Shown: one piece after another, positions 27,501-38,875 of the stretch | Numbering within the stretch: the stretch's first letter is position 1 | Layout: every line of letters starts with the position of its first letter | Source of the DNA: Camelus ferus | Taxonomy: Eukaryota | DNA: 64,000 nt | NCBI RefSeq assembly: GCF_009834535.1 | Contig: NC_045697.1 | Span: 6,016,001 to 6,080,000 of the forward strand | Direction of reading: 5' to 3' | Notes under the pieces: model-generated | Told to the model about the DNA's origin: nothing | The model's database searches: none | Seen by the model: only the letters and a program-made list of their open reading frames with translations | Translations under genes and position numbers: made by a program

Positions 27501-28579
27501 GTGAGGGATTTATACACATCCTTTCTCTGACTTCACAACCATTTCCCCTTTACAGCTGGGGAAACTGAGGCAAGGAGCAGTTATGCAACTTGTCCTCTAA
27601 ACCGAAAGTTCAATGCTGGGAGTTGAACATAGACAGTGGCCTCCAGGACTTCTGCTTTTAACCACACGCTACGGTGGCCACACAGAGGCTCCCCATTTTA
27701 GCATTCTCTCCACTCATGGGGACAGAGCAAGTTCATTCAGTGAGATGGTCTCAGTTATTAGGGTAACAAAACATTTGATTCTCCTAATTTGGGTCAGGAA
27801 GCTATTTGGGAAGGAAATTCAAAATGAATGCTATTTATAGTGCTTCTGAACTTCTGATGAGAAGTTTTGTGCAGAACATGATTTAGGCTTCAGAATTCCC
27901 AGTGATCCTTAGACAAAGGAGATGGACCCTCATATGGTTCCAGGCTGGCCAAGGGGGAAGGTGCCATATTTTCACTACAAACCTACCTGAGGCTTTCCTG
28001 TCTCCCACACTCCCTCCCTTCTGCCAGCCTTGTTCCTTTTCCGTTTGATTGATTGTTTACAGAAAATGCAGGATGTCTGGTGCTCTGCTAGGCACGGGGG
28101 TTACAGCAGGGATCACCACACACATCCTCGCCCTCCCAGATCTAGTCCAGGAGGAGGTAAAGAGTTCGAGGACCACACCAGCTCCGTGGGAACGTGATGC
28201 TTGGACCCCCACTGAGTGAACAAACATGGCAGCAGTAAAAGGCCTCCGAGTGTCTAGAATGGGGTCACCAGGCCCCTGCGGCTTGTGCTCAGCCTGCGCT
28301 CTGAGCGTCTCCACTCTTGGTTTACAACTATCTTTGACAAGCTTGGCTATCATCTTTCCCAGCCAAGGTGCCTATCGGAAGCAGTAAAGTTTGAAAGCGT
28401 GTGGCATCGAGGGAGAAGAAAACAATGCTAGGAACAGGCTTGCTGAGAGCAGCCGGGAGGAAGGGAGACCTCACAGAAGCTCAGAAGTTACCATCTGAGA
28501 TGGTCCACGTACACAAGCCCAGATGGCACAAGCTCATGGCAGCTCTACTGAAAAAGGAGTATGATCATCCCTGTTTTTC

Positions 28580-28722
28580 TTTCTTTCTTTCTTTCTTTTT
28601 TAAATTTGGCGGGGCAGTAATTAGGTTTTATTTATTTATTTTATTTAAATGGAGGCACTGGGGATTGAACCCAGGATCTGCATGCTAAGCACGTGCTCTA
28701 CCACTGAGCTATGCCTTCCCCA
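28580..28722 (-). mobile_element. tRNA-derived SINE of camelid type
   Basis: Minus strand reads GGGGAAGGCATAGCTCAGTGGTAGAGCACGTGCTTAGCATGCAGATCCTGGGTTCAATCCCCAGTGCCTCC (A and B boxes), then an AT-rich linker, ACCTAATTAC and an A-rich tail. 14-bp TSD CATC[C/T]CTGTTTTTC at 28566-28579 and 28723-28736. Confidence 0.88.
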
Positions 28723-29382
28723 CATCTCTGTTTTTCATAACAGGAAGCTGAGGTCCGGAGAAGTTGGTATGATTGGCCTCCTTTGTTCAAGAGGGAAGGA
28801 CTGCAGAAGAAGGAAGGGCGTCCCGTGGTAGATGAGAGTACCACCATCATCCTTGACATTCCAGAAGATTCAAGAAGGTTCAAGGAAACTAGGGCTTCCT
28901 TGCATCAGTTTTGGCAGTTGGTCCAGTTTTCAACCCAGGGACTTGGTAGAAACAGCGCCCTCCCTGCCCCCTATTCTCACCTCCTACTCCTTTCTGCCCC
29001 AAACATTCCGGCGCCTGCCCTGTGTCAGGAGCTGCTGGAGACCCAGGGACCATGAGAGGGGCCTCCATCCTTGAGGATGGTTAGGATGAGGAAGCAGCCT
29101 AGGAGAGACAACATTTGCACAAAGTCTGGTTTTTATGCAAAGGACAAATTGCTCAGGAGGAAGGCAGCTGCATAAAATAAGCAATTTTAAGTGACAGGTC
29201 TAATTTTAGAGAAGAGAATTTGAAAGCTATTGTGAGAAGAAGGGGGAAAAACAATCCGACACTGAAAAGGAATTGAGAAATAACTCAATGTTGTTAAATC
29301 CAACTTTCTAAAGTGTGCGAAAGCCATTCATCGACTCTTAAGGCAAAAATGTTCTGAACAAGATATAAGGCGTGTTTAATAT

Positions 29383-29582
29383 AGCAGTTCTCAACTGGGG
29401 GCAATTTTGACCCCAGCTGACATTTGATAATGTCTGGAGACATTTTGGTTGTTATATTTAGTGTCTTCTAGTGGCTAGAGGCCAGGTAAGCTGCAAAACA
29501 TCCTACAGTGCATAGGACAGCTCCCACGACAATATATTTTTCTAGCCCCAAGTGTTCATAGTGCCAAGGCTGAGAAGCGCTG
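29383..29582. mobile_element. MER20 hAT DNA transposon
   Basis: 'ttctcaactgggggcaattttg...aatgtctggagacattttggttgt...aaacatcctacagtgcataggacagctcccac...gccaaggctgagaa'. Confidence 0.85.
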
Positions 29583-30534
29583 ATTCAGTACAAGATAGAT
29601 GGTCTTAGAGATGGGCCAATCTGGCAGGGCACCTGGTGCCAGGACATGTGAGTCTGACAGCAGTGGCACTGCCCACTGTGACCTTGAGCAAGTCCTTGGC
29701 CCTCTGTAAGCCAGTTTCTTTATCTAGAAAAGGCGGACGATACCACCTACCCTGCAGGACACCTGGGGCCAGAATAAGATGATGAATGGAGATGCCGAGC
29801 AGTATTTACAACTGCCTTAACCCCAGGCTATGTCCCACAATAATTTCTGCTAAAACTAAGGTGACAAAGCAAGTTTTAAAGGGCATTTCAAGTTTTTCAT
29901 CTGTGAAAGATAGTGCTTTTCTTCGGTCTCATGAATCATTTGGATTAAAAGGTAGCGGGGGCAGGGAGGGGGCGTGGACTGCAGCACAGCACAACTGGGC
30001 TCTGATGCTGGGATTTGCTGCTAACCAGTGTTTGTCCTTTTGTATGTAAGATGGAAGTAAGATTTGTCCCCTTGGCTGTCTCAGGGTGACCTGGGGAACT
30101 CAGCCCAGTGACACAAATGAGGATGCTCTGAGGGGGTCCCTGGAGACCCACCCTGCTCAGAGCTTAAGCACCCAGATCTTGTGGCCAAATGGCTGGGGCT
30201 AGAATCCCCTTTCGACCTTTCCTAGCTGTGTGACCTAGGGAAAGCCTCTCAATGTCTCTGTGCCTATCAGTGGTGCCGAGCTCACAGGGCCACGGTGGAG
30301 GCAGCTCTTGGCTCATATGAAGCGCTAAATAAGCGTGCACTTGATTATTATCATAGCTGAACAGACAGAGGCTGGGTGAGGGAAAGTAACTGACCCCGTT
30401 TTCAAGTGCAGGTTTGTGGTCGCAGTGAGACAGAAAGCCAGGTCTCCAGATCTTGGTCCTAAGGGCTTTACTCTATGCCATGTCAAGTGCCATGCCGAGC
30501 TGAAAGTATTACTCCTGACTTAAAGATTAAAAAC

Positions 30535-30813
30535 AATCGTCAACAAACTAAGGATAGAAGGAAATTGCCTCAGTGTAATAAAGGGCATACATGATAAGCT
30601 CACATCACACTCAACAGTGAAAAACTGAAAGCTTTCCCTCTAAGGTCAGGAACAAGGCAAGAATGCCCACTCTTGCCATTTTTAGAAGTCCTAGCCAGAG
30701 CGATCAGGCAAGAAAAAGAAAGAAAAGACATCCAAATCAGAAAGGAACAGTAAAGTTAGCACTCTTTGCAAATAATATGCTCTTATAGGTAGAAGACCTT
30801 AAGACACCCCCAC

Positions 30814-30858
<45 letters not shown>

Positions 30859-32780
30859 TGTAAGAACTAATAAAGACATTCAGTGAAGTTTCAGGATACA
30901 ACATCAACATACAAAAATCAGTTGCATTTCTATGTACTAACAATAAATCATCCAAAAAGGAAATTAAGAAAACAATCTTATTTTCAATAATATCAAAAAT
31001 AATAAAATACTTGGGAATAAAGTTAACTATCCAGGTGAAAGACTTTTACACCAAAACTACAAAACACTGATGAAAGAAATTAAAGACAAAAATAAATGGA
31101 AAGATGTCCCATGTTCATGTATTAGAAGACAATATATTTAAGGTCCATACTACCCAAAGTAATCTACACATTCAATGCAATCCCTATAAAAATCCCAATG
31201 GCATGCTTTATACAAATAGAAAAAAAATCCTACAATTTATATGGAACCACAGAAGACCATGAAGACCAAACCAATCTTGAGAAAAGAAAAACTAGAGGCA
31301 TCACACTTCCTGATTTCAAATATACTGCAAAGCCACAGTAATTAAAACAGTATGGCGCTGGCATAAAGGCAGACAGATAGGCCAATGGAACAGAAGAGAG
31401 AGCCCAGAAATAACCCATGCATATATGGTCACTCGGTCACTGACAAGGGTGCCAAGAATATTCAATAAGGAAAGGATAGTCTTTTTGACAAACAGCAGTG
31501 GAAGAACTGGACATCCAAACACAACAGAGTGAAATTGGACCCCTGTCTTCTTTCAAAATGGATTAAAGACTTAAACATAACACCTGGAGCAGTAAAACCT
31601 CTAGAAGAAAATACAGGGGGAAAACTTCATAACGCTGGTCTTGGCAATGATTTTTTGGGTATGACACCAAAAGCAAAATTAGACAGGTGGGACTATATCA
31701 AACAGAAAGCTTTTGCACAGCAAAGGAAATCATCAACAGAGTGCAAATGCAACCTAGAATGGGAGAAAGTATTAGTAAACCATGTATATCCAGTAAGGGG
31801 TTAATACGCAAAATATATAAGGAAATCCTACATGTCAACAGCAAACAAATAAAATAAACAAAAATAAAACAACAACAAAATCCACTCCCTCTCCCCAAAA
31901 TCCTCCAAATAGCCCTGTTAGCAAAAGGGCAATGGACTTGAATAGACATTTCCCTAAAGAAAACACACATAACTCCAACAGGCATGTGAAAACAGGCTCC
32001 GCAGCATCAGTCATCAGAGCAATGCGGGTCACAAGCACGAGGTGTGGCCTCCCACCTGCTGGGATGGTATTACTATGACTACTGGTGCTACTGCTGCTGC
32101 CTTCCGCTACTACTAACAGTAAGTGCTGGTGAGGCTGTGGGGAGCCGGCAGCCCAGCCTAGCGCACTGCTGGTGGGAACGTGAACTTGCGCAGCCACGTG
32201 GAAAACAGTACGGAGGTTCTTCAAAAAGCTAAAAATAGAACTACCATATGAGCCAGCAAGTCCCCTCCTGGGTATTTATTCTAAAGAGTTGAAAGCAGGA
32301 TCTTGAAGACATATTAGCACCCCTGTGTTCAGCGCGGCACTATTCACAGCCAAGATGTAGAAATAACCTAAACGTTCACTGATGGATGGATGATGGATAA
32401 AGAAAATGTGGTATATACATATCATGGAATATTATTCAGCCTTAAAAAAGAGAAGGAAATCTTGCGTCATGTGACAACATGGCGGAACCTGGAAGACCTT
32501 ATGCCTCATGAACTAAGCTGGTCACAGGGGACAAATACTGCACAATTCCCATTATATGGTGTGTCTAAAATAGTCAAACTTGTAGAAGCAGAGAGCTGGA
32601 TGGTGGTTGCCAGGGGCTGGGGGAGGGGAAAAGGGGTGTTGTTAACCAAGACGTAAAGTTTCAGTTAAGCAGGATGAACAAGCTCTAGAGATGCACACAG
32701 TACGGTGCCTACAGTTAACAATACTGACTTGTGCCTGTACACGTTTGTTAGAAGGGTACATCTCATGTGACATGTTCTCA
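30535..32780 (+). mobile_element. 5'-truncated degenerate LINE-1 (3' part of ORF2 plus 3' UTR), with an internal (CA)n at ~30818-30854
   Basis: Typical L1 ORF2 segments 'caggatacaacatcaacatacaaaaatcagttgcatttcta', 'ggattaaagacttaaacata', 'aaaatagaactaccatatga', 'gaaaatgtggtatatacata'; many stops and frameshifts. Confidence 0.95.
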
Positions 32781-34239
32781 GGACGGTAAGACAAGGGATG
32801 GAAAGCAGTCAGTGTGAGGAGGGGGGAATGCTCCTGGGGCTGAGATGTCAGCGCTGCTGGCTCTGGGAGGAGTTTTTTTTTTTTCGGTCTATGCTTATGC
32901 AGTGGGGCTTACAGATATTCCCCAGTGGAATTTATAAAGTTATACAGCATGTGCAAATCAGAAAATTATGTCCCAGCGGAGGAGAGAATTCTGTTTAGAA
33001 ATGTCATGGTTCTCAATCGAAATGTCTCATTAAATACAGATTCCATATGTGGTTTTATAATTCCAAGTGTTAACTTTAAGAAACGGATACATTCTTCCTC
33101 TGCTTTCTCAGAACAGGGAAGGTGGATTGTCTAGCACGATCTTGGTCTTGTAACGAGGAGGAAACAGAGAGGACTAGTCCAAGGTCACGCTGTTAACCAG
33201 ACCAAGGAAAAGGTTACACGAATAAGTAGCGAGATGATTTCATTTCATCTCAATGTTTCCAAAAAGAGAATCAGGAGTCGTTGAAACGAGGCAGACATTG
33301 TGGTTGTCACTTTCTGTGCTGTTGTCTTTCTCGCTCCAGACAGGAGCTACTCCCCTTTCACGTCATCACCCCTCTACAACCACAGACCCTCCCTGTCAAC
33401 TTTTGGGGGACCCCAGGCTCATAAACGTGGAGGAGCTATTTTATCTGGGCCCCTTCAGAAGTTCCCTTCTCCCTCCTTCTGGGTCCAGGCACACGTGTCC
33501 TGGGCTACATAAGTGACTCAGTGTTTGCGCGCATGTGTGTGTGGATGCTTCAGTCCAACAGCCTCCCTGCTAAGTGGCTGGCCAGCTGGCTTGCACACTT
33601 TCATGAGTGGGGAACCTACCGCCCCTGGAGGCAATCCACTGCTTTCCAGACCCAACAATAACAATAGAGATCCGAGTCCGCCTCCTCAGTCCTTGAAGTC
33701 CTGGAGTCTGCCCTCTGGAGCCCCCGGAAGAGAAGGGCGGCTGTTTCCATCAAAGAGTTAGGGACCTCACTGCACACCCCTCTTCTGGTTTCCCTGCCCA
33801 CATCAACTCAGGCCCCAGGAAACTTTTCCTTTAAAGCCTTGAGATTTTCTCAGGCCAGATCGTGCGCTGAAGCCAGCCCAGCCAAGAGTACTTTAATTGA
33901 GATCATCTCAGTGTTGCTCACTATGACTTCCTAATATCCATTTTATTGAGAAATATGACTTGTAAATATTTCTGGGGATAAGTAATTATAATGAAAGGCG
34001 GCATTTATTAAGGGGCAGTTCTGGGCTGGCTGTTTCATGGAACACCTTGCACGGATCATTTCTTTCAATATTACGTTACCCCACTTTACAGGCACAGAAA
34101 CTGAAGATCAGGCTGTGTTTCCCCAAAGTCACGGAGCCACTGGAGGTGGCAGAGCTGGGACTGGAGCCCAGGCGTCCAGGGCCCAAGCCCCAAATCAGCC
34201 CCCTCCCTCCGGTTCCTCCGTTGGTGTGGGGATGCTCAC

Positions 34240-34426
34240 CGCATTGAGGCAGCAGAGCTGGTAGCAGGCCATGGTGGTGACCACGGTGATGACCTGCCAG
34301 CGGACGAAGGGACTCCTGAGCAGCTCCAGCGCGGCACCAGGCGGATGCTCCTCTGCATGTGGCTCTCCGCCAGGACCTCCTCCGCCCCGCGGGAGGTGTC
34401 CTTTTGGCCCAGGACCGTCTGGAAGG
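34240..34426 (-). pseudogene. SLC2A9: SLC2A9 exon (human exon 7 equivalent), 187 nt, 1-nt deletion frameshift
   Basis: ctggcag|CC TTC CAG ACG...AAT GCG|gtgagc. One frame gives [31 protein letters not shown]; homology continues in another frame as [31 protein letters not shown]. Confidence 0.93.
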
Positions 34427-36009
34427 CTGCCAGCAGGGATGGGCATGGATCGGCGGGGATTGGGCTGCCTGCTGTGTGTGATGCCGGGCCCTGCAGGGAT
34501 GGTTGGCCCCAGACACACTCCCCGTCAGGGATGGAGCTGGCAGGGACCTTTGAACCATAAAGTACCAAGCCTTTGTGTAAAAGTGGGAAAACAGAGGCCC
34601 TGAGAGATGCAATGTCTTGCCCAAGGTCACCGAGTTGGCTGGGAAAAGAGGCAGTCGAGCACGAGGGTCTCCTGAACCCAAAGCAGAGCACACCCAGTGT
34701 TCAAATCCCATCTCCACCACTGGGTAGATGAACAGTGCCCCGTGCCTCACGTGGCTGCTGTAACACACACTAAACCCTGGCTCGATGAATATTTATTGAG
34801 CACCTCCTGTTTACCCAGCCTATACTTCATCCTCATTGGAGGCATCCAGACGAAGGTCAGATCACCACTTGGCCAGGATGCCTGGGAGCCGATTCTAACA
34901 TCGAGGGAGGATTGAACTAAATGACCTCCAGAGCCACATGCCTGCCCTGAAACACAGAAACCTTGGCTGGAAATCGTGTCAAAGAGCTAATCTTCCTAGG
35001 ATTCAAGCTTACCCATGTGACAGGCCTTTTACAGGCTGAACACTGCAATTTTCCAGCCTCAGCAAACCCGTCATTTTTTTTTTTTTAACCAAGCCTTAAA
35101 TTGTGTAACCCTACATGGATATATGCGCAAAGGTGGGCTGACTGATTAGGACCCTGAGATCACAACAATCAGACCATGGCAGACACTTCTAGCCCGTGGA
35201 TTTAAATACTCAGCACTCCGACGTACATCTTCCTATAGGCAAGGCGGCTCTGGGATGGCTCCTGCAGACAGTCCTTTCCAGACACAGTGGGCATCGTCCT
35301 AAAAACACTGCTCTGCACCTGCAGGCCACATAAAAGTGCTCTTCTTACGTAGCACGAGGAAAAGAAAAAAGCTGTTAAACTTCTCCAGATTCTCCAAGAA
35401 GCAAGCCCACAAAGGTTCTACGGTGTTATTTCCGGTAGCATCTTAAAAACTGCTTCGGAAGGTCTCTTTTGTAAGCTGTTACTTAATACGTTTCCTAGCA
35501 CTTATTAAGAATGAGTGGAAGAAGCAGCTGAATGAGTAATGCTTCTGTATCATGCACTAAACCATAGTATTTCTCACTATGCAACATTCTCAGACTTTCT
35601 CAACATTTCATTTCTCAAACTGCAACATTCATGTGATAAAGTAATCTTCGCATTCTTAGGGCAGGAAAATATTTCTCTCTCCTCCCTGACATATATGCTT
35701 TCCATATAAAACAAAGAGAACTTTAGCATCTTCTTTTTTTTTTTTCCCTTTTCACCCTGGCTGCTAGGAAGTTCTCATTTAAAATCAGTGGTCAGCTCTT
35801 AGAGTTTCCTGAAACAAAAATTTCTCTTCTTCCTCTTAAAAGTTCTAATCTCCTTCTTCTTTTAAGGCATCTATTTAATTTTCCTGCTGTATATGTGTTC
35901 ATAAAAATAGTTTGTTTTCACTTGTCCCATACCCCTTCTTCTATGGTTCCCATGACTGGATGAGATGGAGTGTCTTTTGTGACTGGTGTGGCAGACATGG
36001 AGAGGCACC

Positions 36010-36387
36010 ACTCAGCTCCCCTTCAGTAAAGTACTTGGCCGCTGGGCTGTGAGGAGTGTGGTTAGCTGACAGCCTCCAGCTCTTAGCTTCGTGGGCGTCC
36101 ACCTCAACTTTGAAGCCCAGGAGGTGCTGTTCTCATAGTGGCCCCAGTCTATGCCTGAGCAGGGCGGTGGCACAGAGACCCAGTCACTCCTGCCCGTGGG
36201 GACCCTTGTAATGTGCAAGCATTGCTCCAGGGCTCTGGTGGGGCTTGCAGAGAACTTGGGCTCTGATGCTTCCCCTGCTCAATCTGCTTCCGCCCTTTCC
36301 TCGCCCAGGTGTTACTCCTCAGTGAAACTTCTGCACTCTGAACTCCTCCTCAGACTCTGCTTCCTGGAGAAGCCAGCCTGCAACAAC
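36010..36387 (+). mobile_element. ERVL LTR16-like old LTR
   Basis: 3' end 'ctcagactctgcttcctggagaagccagcctgcaaca'. Confidence 0.55.
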
Positions 36388-37175
36388 TAATTACTTGACA
36401 GAGAGAAATAATCAATCAGTTTCGCTCTATTTCCAACTTCGGAAGTGCCAAGACGCTCTGATCCTCATACCTTTTCCTGAACTATTTCAATAGCTGCTAA
36501 CCACTCTCCCGGGTCCAGTCTTCTCACGCCCTGTGGAGCTCCTACCATAAACCTCATCTCCACGCTGCTGCATCAGCACAGTCTCACCACTGTGTTTGCT
36601 TGTAAAAGGCTACGCGGCCGGTACATTCTGCACAGAGGGAAGTCCAGGCTCCCTGGCCCTGCCCACGGCCCTTCCCGCTGCCTCCATCTTTGCACACATC
36701 TCTCTCAGACTTGCAACCTGCTCCTCCTTCCCACACATGCTCTGCTTTCTTGGCACTCTGCACTCAGCCACGCCCGTCCGCCTGCCGGGAATGCTCTTCT
36801 GCCTCTCCTCGCCTGGCTAACTTCTCCTCCCTCCCCGATGCCCTGGCCGCCCAGGGCTCGCACAGTCCCCTGTGCTTTCCCATCTCAGCACTTTCTCCCC
36901 ATATCATCACTGGCACCTCCTTTCCACTTGTTGTGAGCACCTGAGGCTCCCTTCCTGGTGCCTGGTGATGAACTGGTGCCAAGTCCGTGTGTGCTGAACC
37001 AACCCAGCTGGTAAACCCACTCCCTTCCTTTAAAGCAGCATGTCTCCACCTTGGCAGCAAGGACACCTGGAGCCGGAAAACTCCTCACACTGGAGCCGTC
37101 CTGTGCATTGTAAGATGCTTAGTAGCACCCCTGCCCTCTACCCACTAGACACTAGGAGAACCCTCTCAGTTGTGA

Positions 37176-38170
37176 TGAATGAATGGATACAGAAAATATA
37201 CACACACACAAAACGGAATATTATTAAGCCTTTAAAAAGGAGGAAATCCTGCCATCTGCAACAACATGGATGGACCTTAGGAGTCCGTTCATTATGTTAA
37301 GTGACATAAGTCAGAGAAAGACAAATACTGTATGATCTCCCTTGCATGTGGACTCTGACTGCCCCCACCCCACACCGAGCTCATAGGTACAGAGCACAGA
37401 CTGGTGGTTGCCAGAGGAAGGAGGTGGTGGGTGGGGGAGTTGGGGGAGGTGGTTAAAAGGTACAAACGTCTTGTTATAAAAGACGTAAGTCCTGGGGACA
37501 TAATATACAGCGCAGTGCCTATAGTTAATAACACTGTATTGGATACTTGAAAATTGCTAAGAGAGAGGCTCTTAAAAGTTCTTATCACAAGAAAAAAATC
37601 CTGCAATGTGTGAGGTGATAGACGCTAACCAGACCATTTCACAACACAGTGATCATTGTACAATACAGGCATCCCTCGCTTTTTGAAAATTTGCTTTACG
37701 ACACTCAGCTTTTACAAAAGGCCTACATTAATACTTGTTTTCAGCAACCTAAAGAAATCCGAAGATGATTTTCCCTTTTACGAAAAAAAGACAAAAATCA
37801 AAACTAGCCTTCGGCATGTGTTTTGCAGCGAGCTGTTGAGCACCCAAGCGGCACGGGGAGAACAGCGCCGCCAAGCTCCTTCCCCTGGAACTACACTCAG
37901 CATTTCGGCATCAAGTCTCCACAGCTCTGAACGTGTCTGTGAGCTTCTGTGCCCTGTCTGGATTTACTTTTTGCATCTCATCCATTAGCAAGAAGTGTCC
38001 TAAGCTAACTTTTCTTTGCTTTGCACCACTCGGCTTAGGAAAGGTTTCGTAGGAACACTCGACGTTCAGAGGGCGGAGAATACCTGTACGTACAGCTATC
38101 AGATTGTTATGTCGTACGCCTGAAACTAATGCAGTGTTGTATGTCTATGACGGCTCAATAAAGAAATGAA
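37176..38170 (+). mobile_element. L1 (L1MA-like) 3' end, itself interrupted by a Tigger element
   Basis: 'gaaatcctgccatctgcaacaacatggatggacct', 'ataagtcagagaaagacaaatactgtatgatctc', terminal 'ctcaataaag'. Confidence 0.88.
37666..38086. mobile_element. Tigger (TcMar) non-autonomous DNA transposon
   Basis: TA flanks on both sides; imperfect terminal inverted repeats CAGGCATCCCTCGCTTTTTGAAA and (reverse complement) CAGGTATTCTCCGCCCTCTGAAC. Confidence 0.8.
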
Positions 38171-38461
38171 CAGATTCAAAAATGTCTCCAGACACTGCCA
38201 ATTGTCTCCTGGGGCAAAGTCATGACCCTGTTCCCAACCACTGCCTCGAACTGTTGTAGGCGCCTGGCTCCTCCCAGGACGTGCGGCACCATCCAACGCC
38301 AGCTCACGAGCTCTCAGCACAGCACTGGCTCTTCATGAGCCCTGAGCACCATAAGCCCGCAACTATTACAGAAGGTACTCGCTACATCCTCCTGTCCCTT
38401 CCTTCTTTTTTACCTTCCTTTTATCTTAAACTGACAATGGGTGCAGAACACTCTCACCTGC

Positions 38462-38875
38462 TGTGGGTTGAACTGTGTCCTCATAAACATATATTCAAGC
38501 CCTAACCTCTACCTGTGAACGTGACTTTATTTGGAAATAGGATCTTTGCAGATGTAATTATGATGTCAGTTAAGAGGAGTTCACACTGGAGGAAGGCAGG
38601 CCCTTAGTCGAATATGACTCTTGTCCTCATAAGGAGAGGAGACACAGAGACAGACCCACACAGGGAAGATGGTCATGTGACGATGGAGGCAGAGATTGGG
38701 GGGATGCAGCTGGAGGCAGAGGACCGCCAAGGACTGCCGGCAGCACCAGAGGCGGGAGAGAAGGCAGGTCCCGCCGACACCCTGACTTTGGACCTCTGGT
38801 CTCCAGAACTGTGAGAGAAACAATTTCTGCTGTCCTACAGCCATCCGACTGTGGTGCTTCGTTACAGCAAAAGCC
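38462..38875 (+). mobile_element. MaLR MLT1 (MLT1B/C-like) LTR
   Basis: 'tgtgggttgaactgtgtcc...gtgactttatttggaaataggatctttgcagatgtaatt...ctccagaactgtgagagaaacaatttctg'. Confidence 0.85.

Larger units (their letters stand above)
37034..38243. mobile_element. MER20 split by an L1 insertion (halves ~37034-37175 and ~38178-38243)
   Basis: 'gtcctgtgcattgtaagatgcttagtagcacccctgccctctacccactaga...cagttgtga' resumes as 'aaaaatgtctccagacactgccaattgtctcctggggcaaa...aaccactg'. Confidence 0.85.

Noticed and set aside
28650..28722. tRNA-like sequence
   Set aside because: It is a SINE head: followed by an A-rich tail, flanked by TSDs, and lacking a complete cloverleaf.
30535..32780. L1 ORF2-like ORFs as an active element or host gene
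   Set aside because: 5'-truncated, fragmented by stops and frameshifts, and interrupted by a microsatellite.
34076..34768. 230-aa and overlapping ORFs on both strands
   Set aside because: Shadow or read-through frames around the GC-rich SLC2A9 exon 7; only 34240-34426 has recognisable homology.
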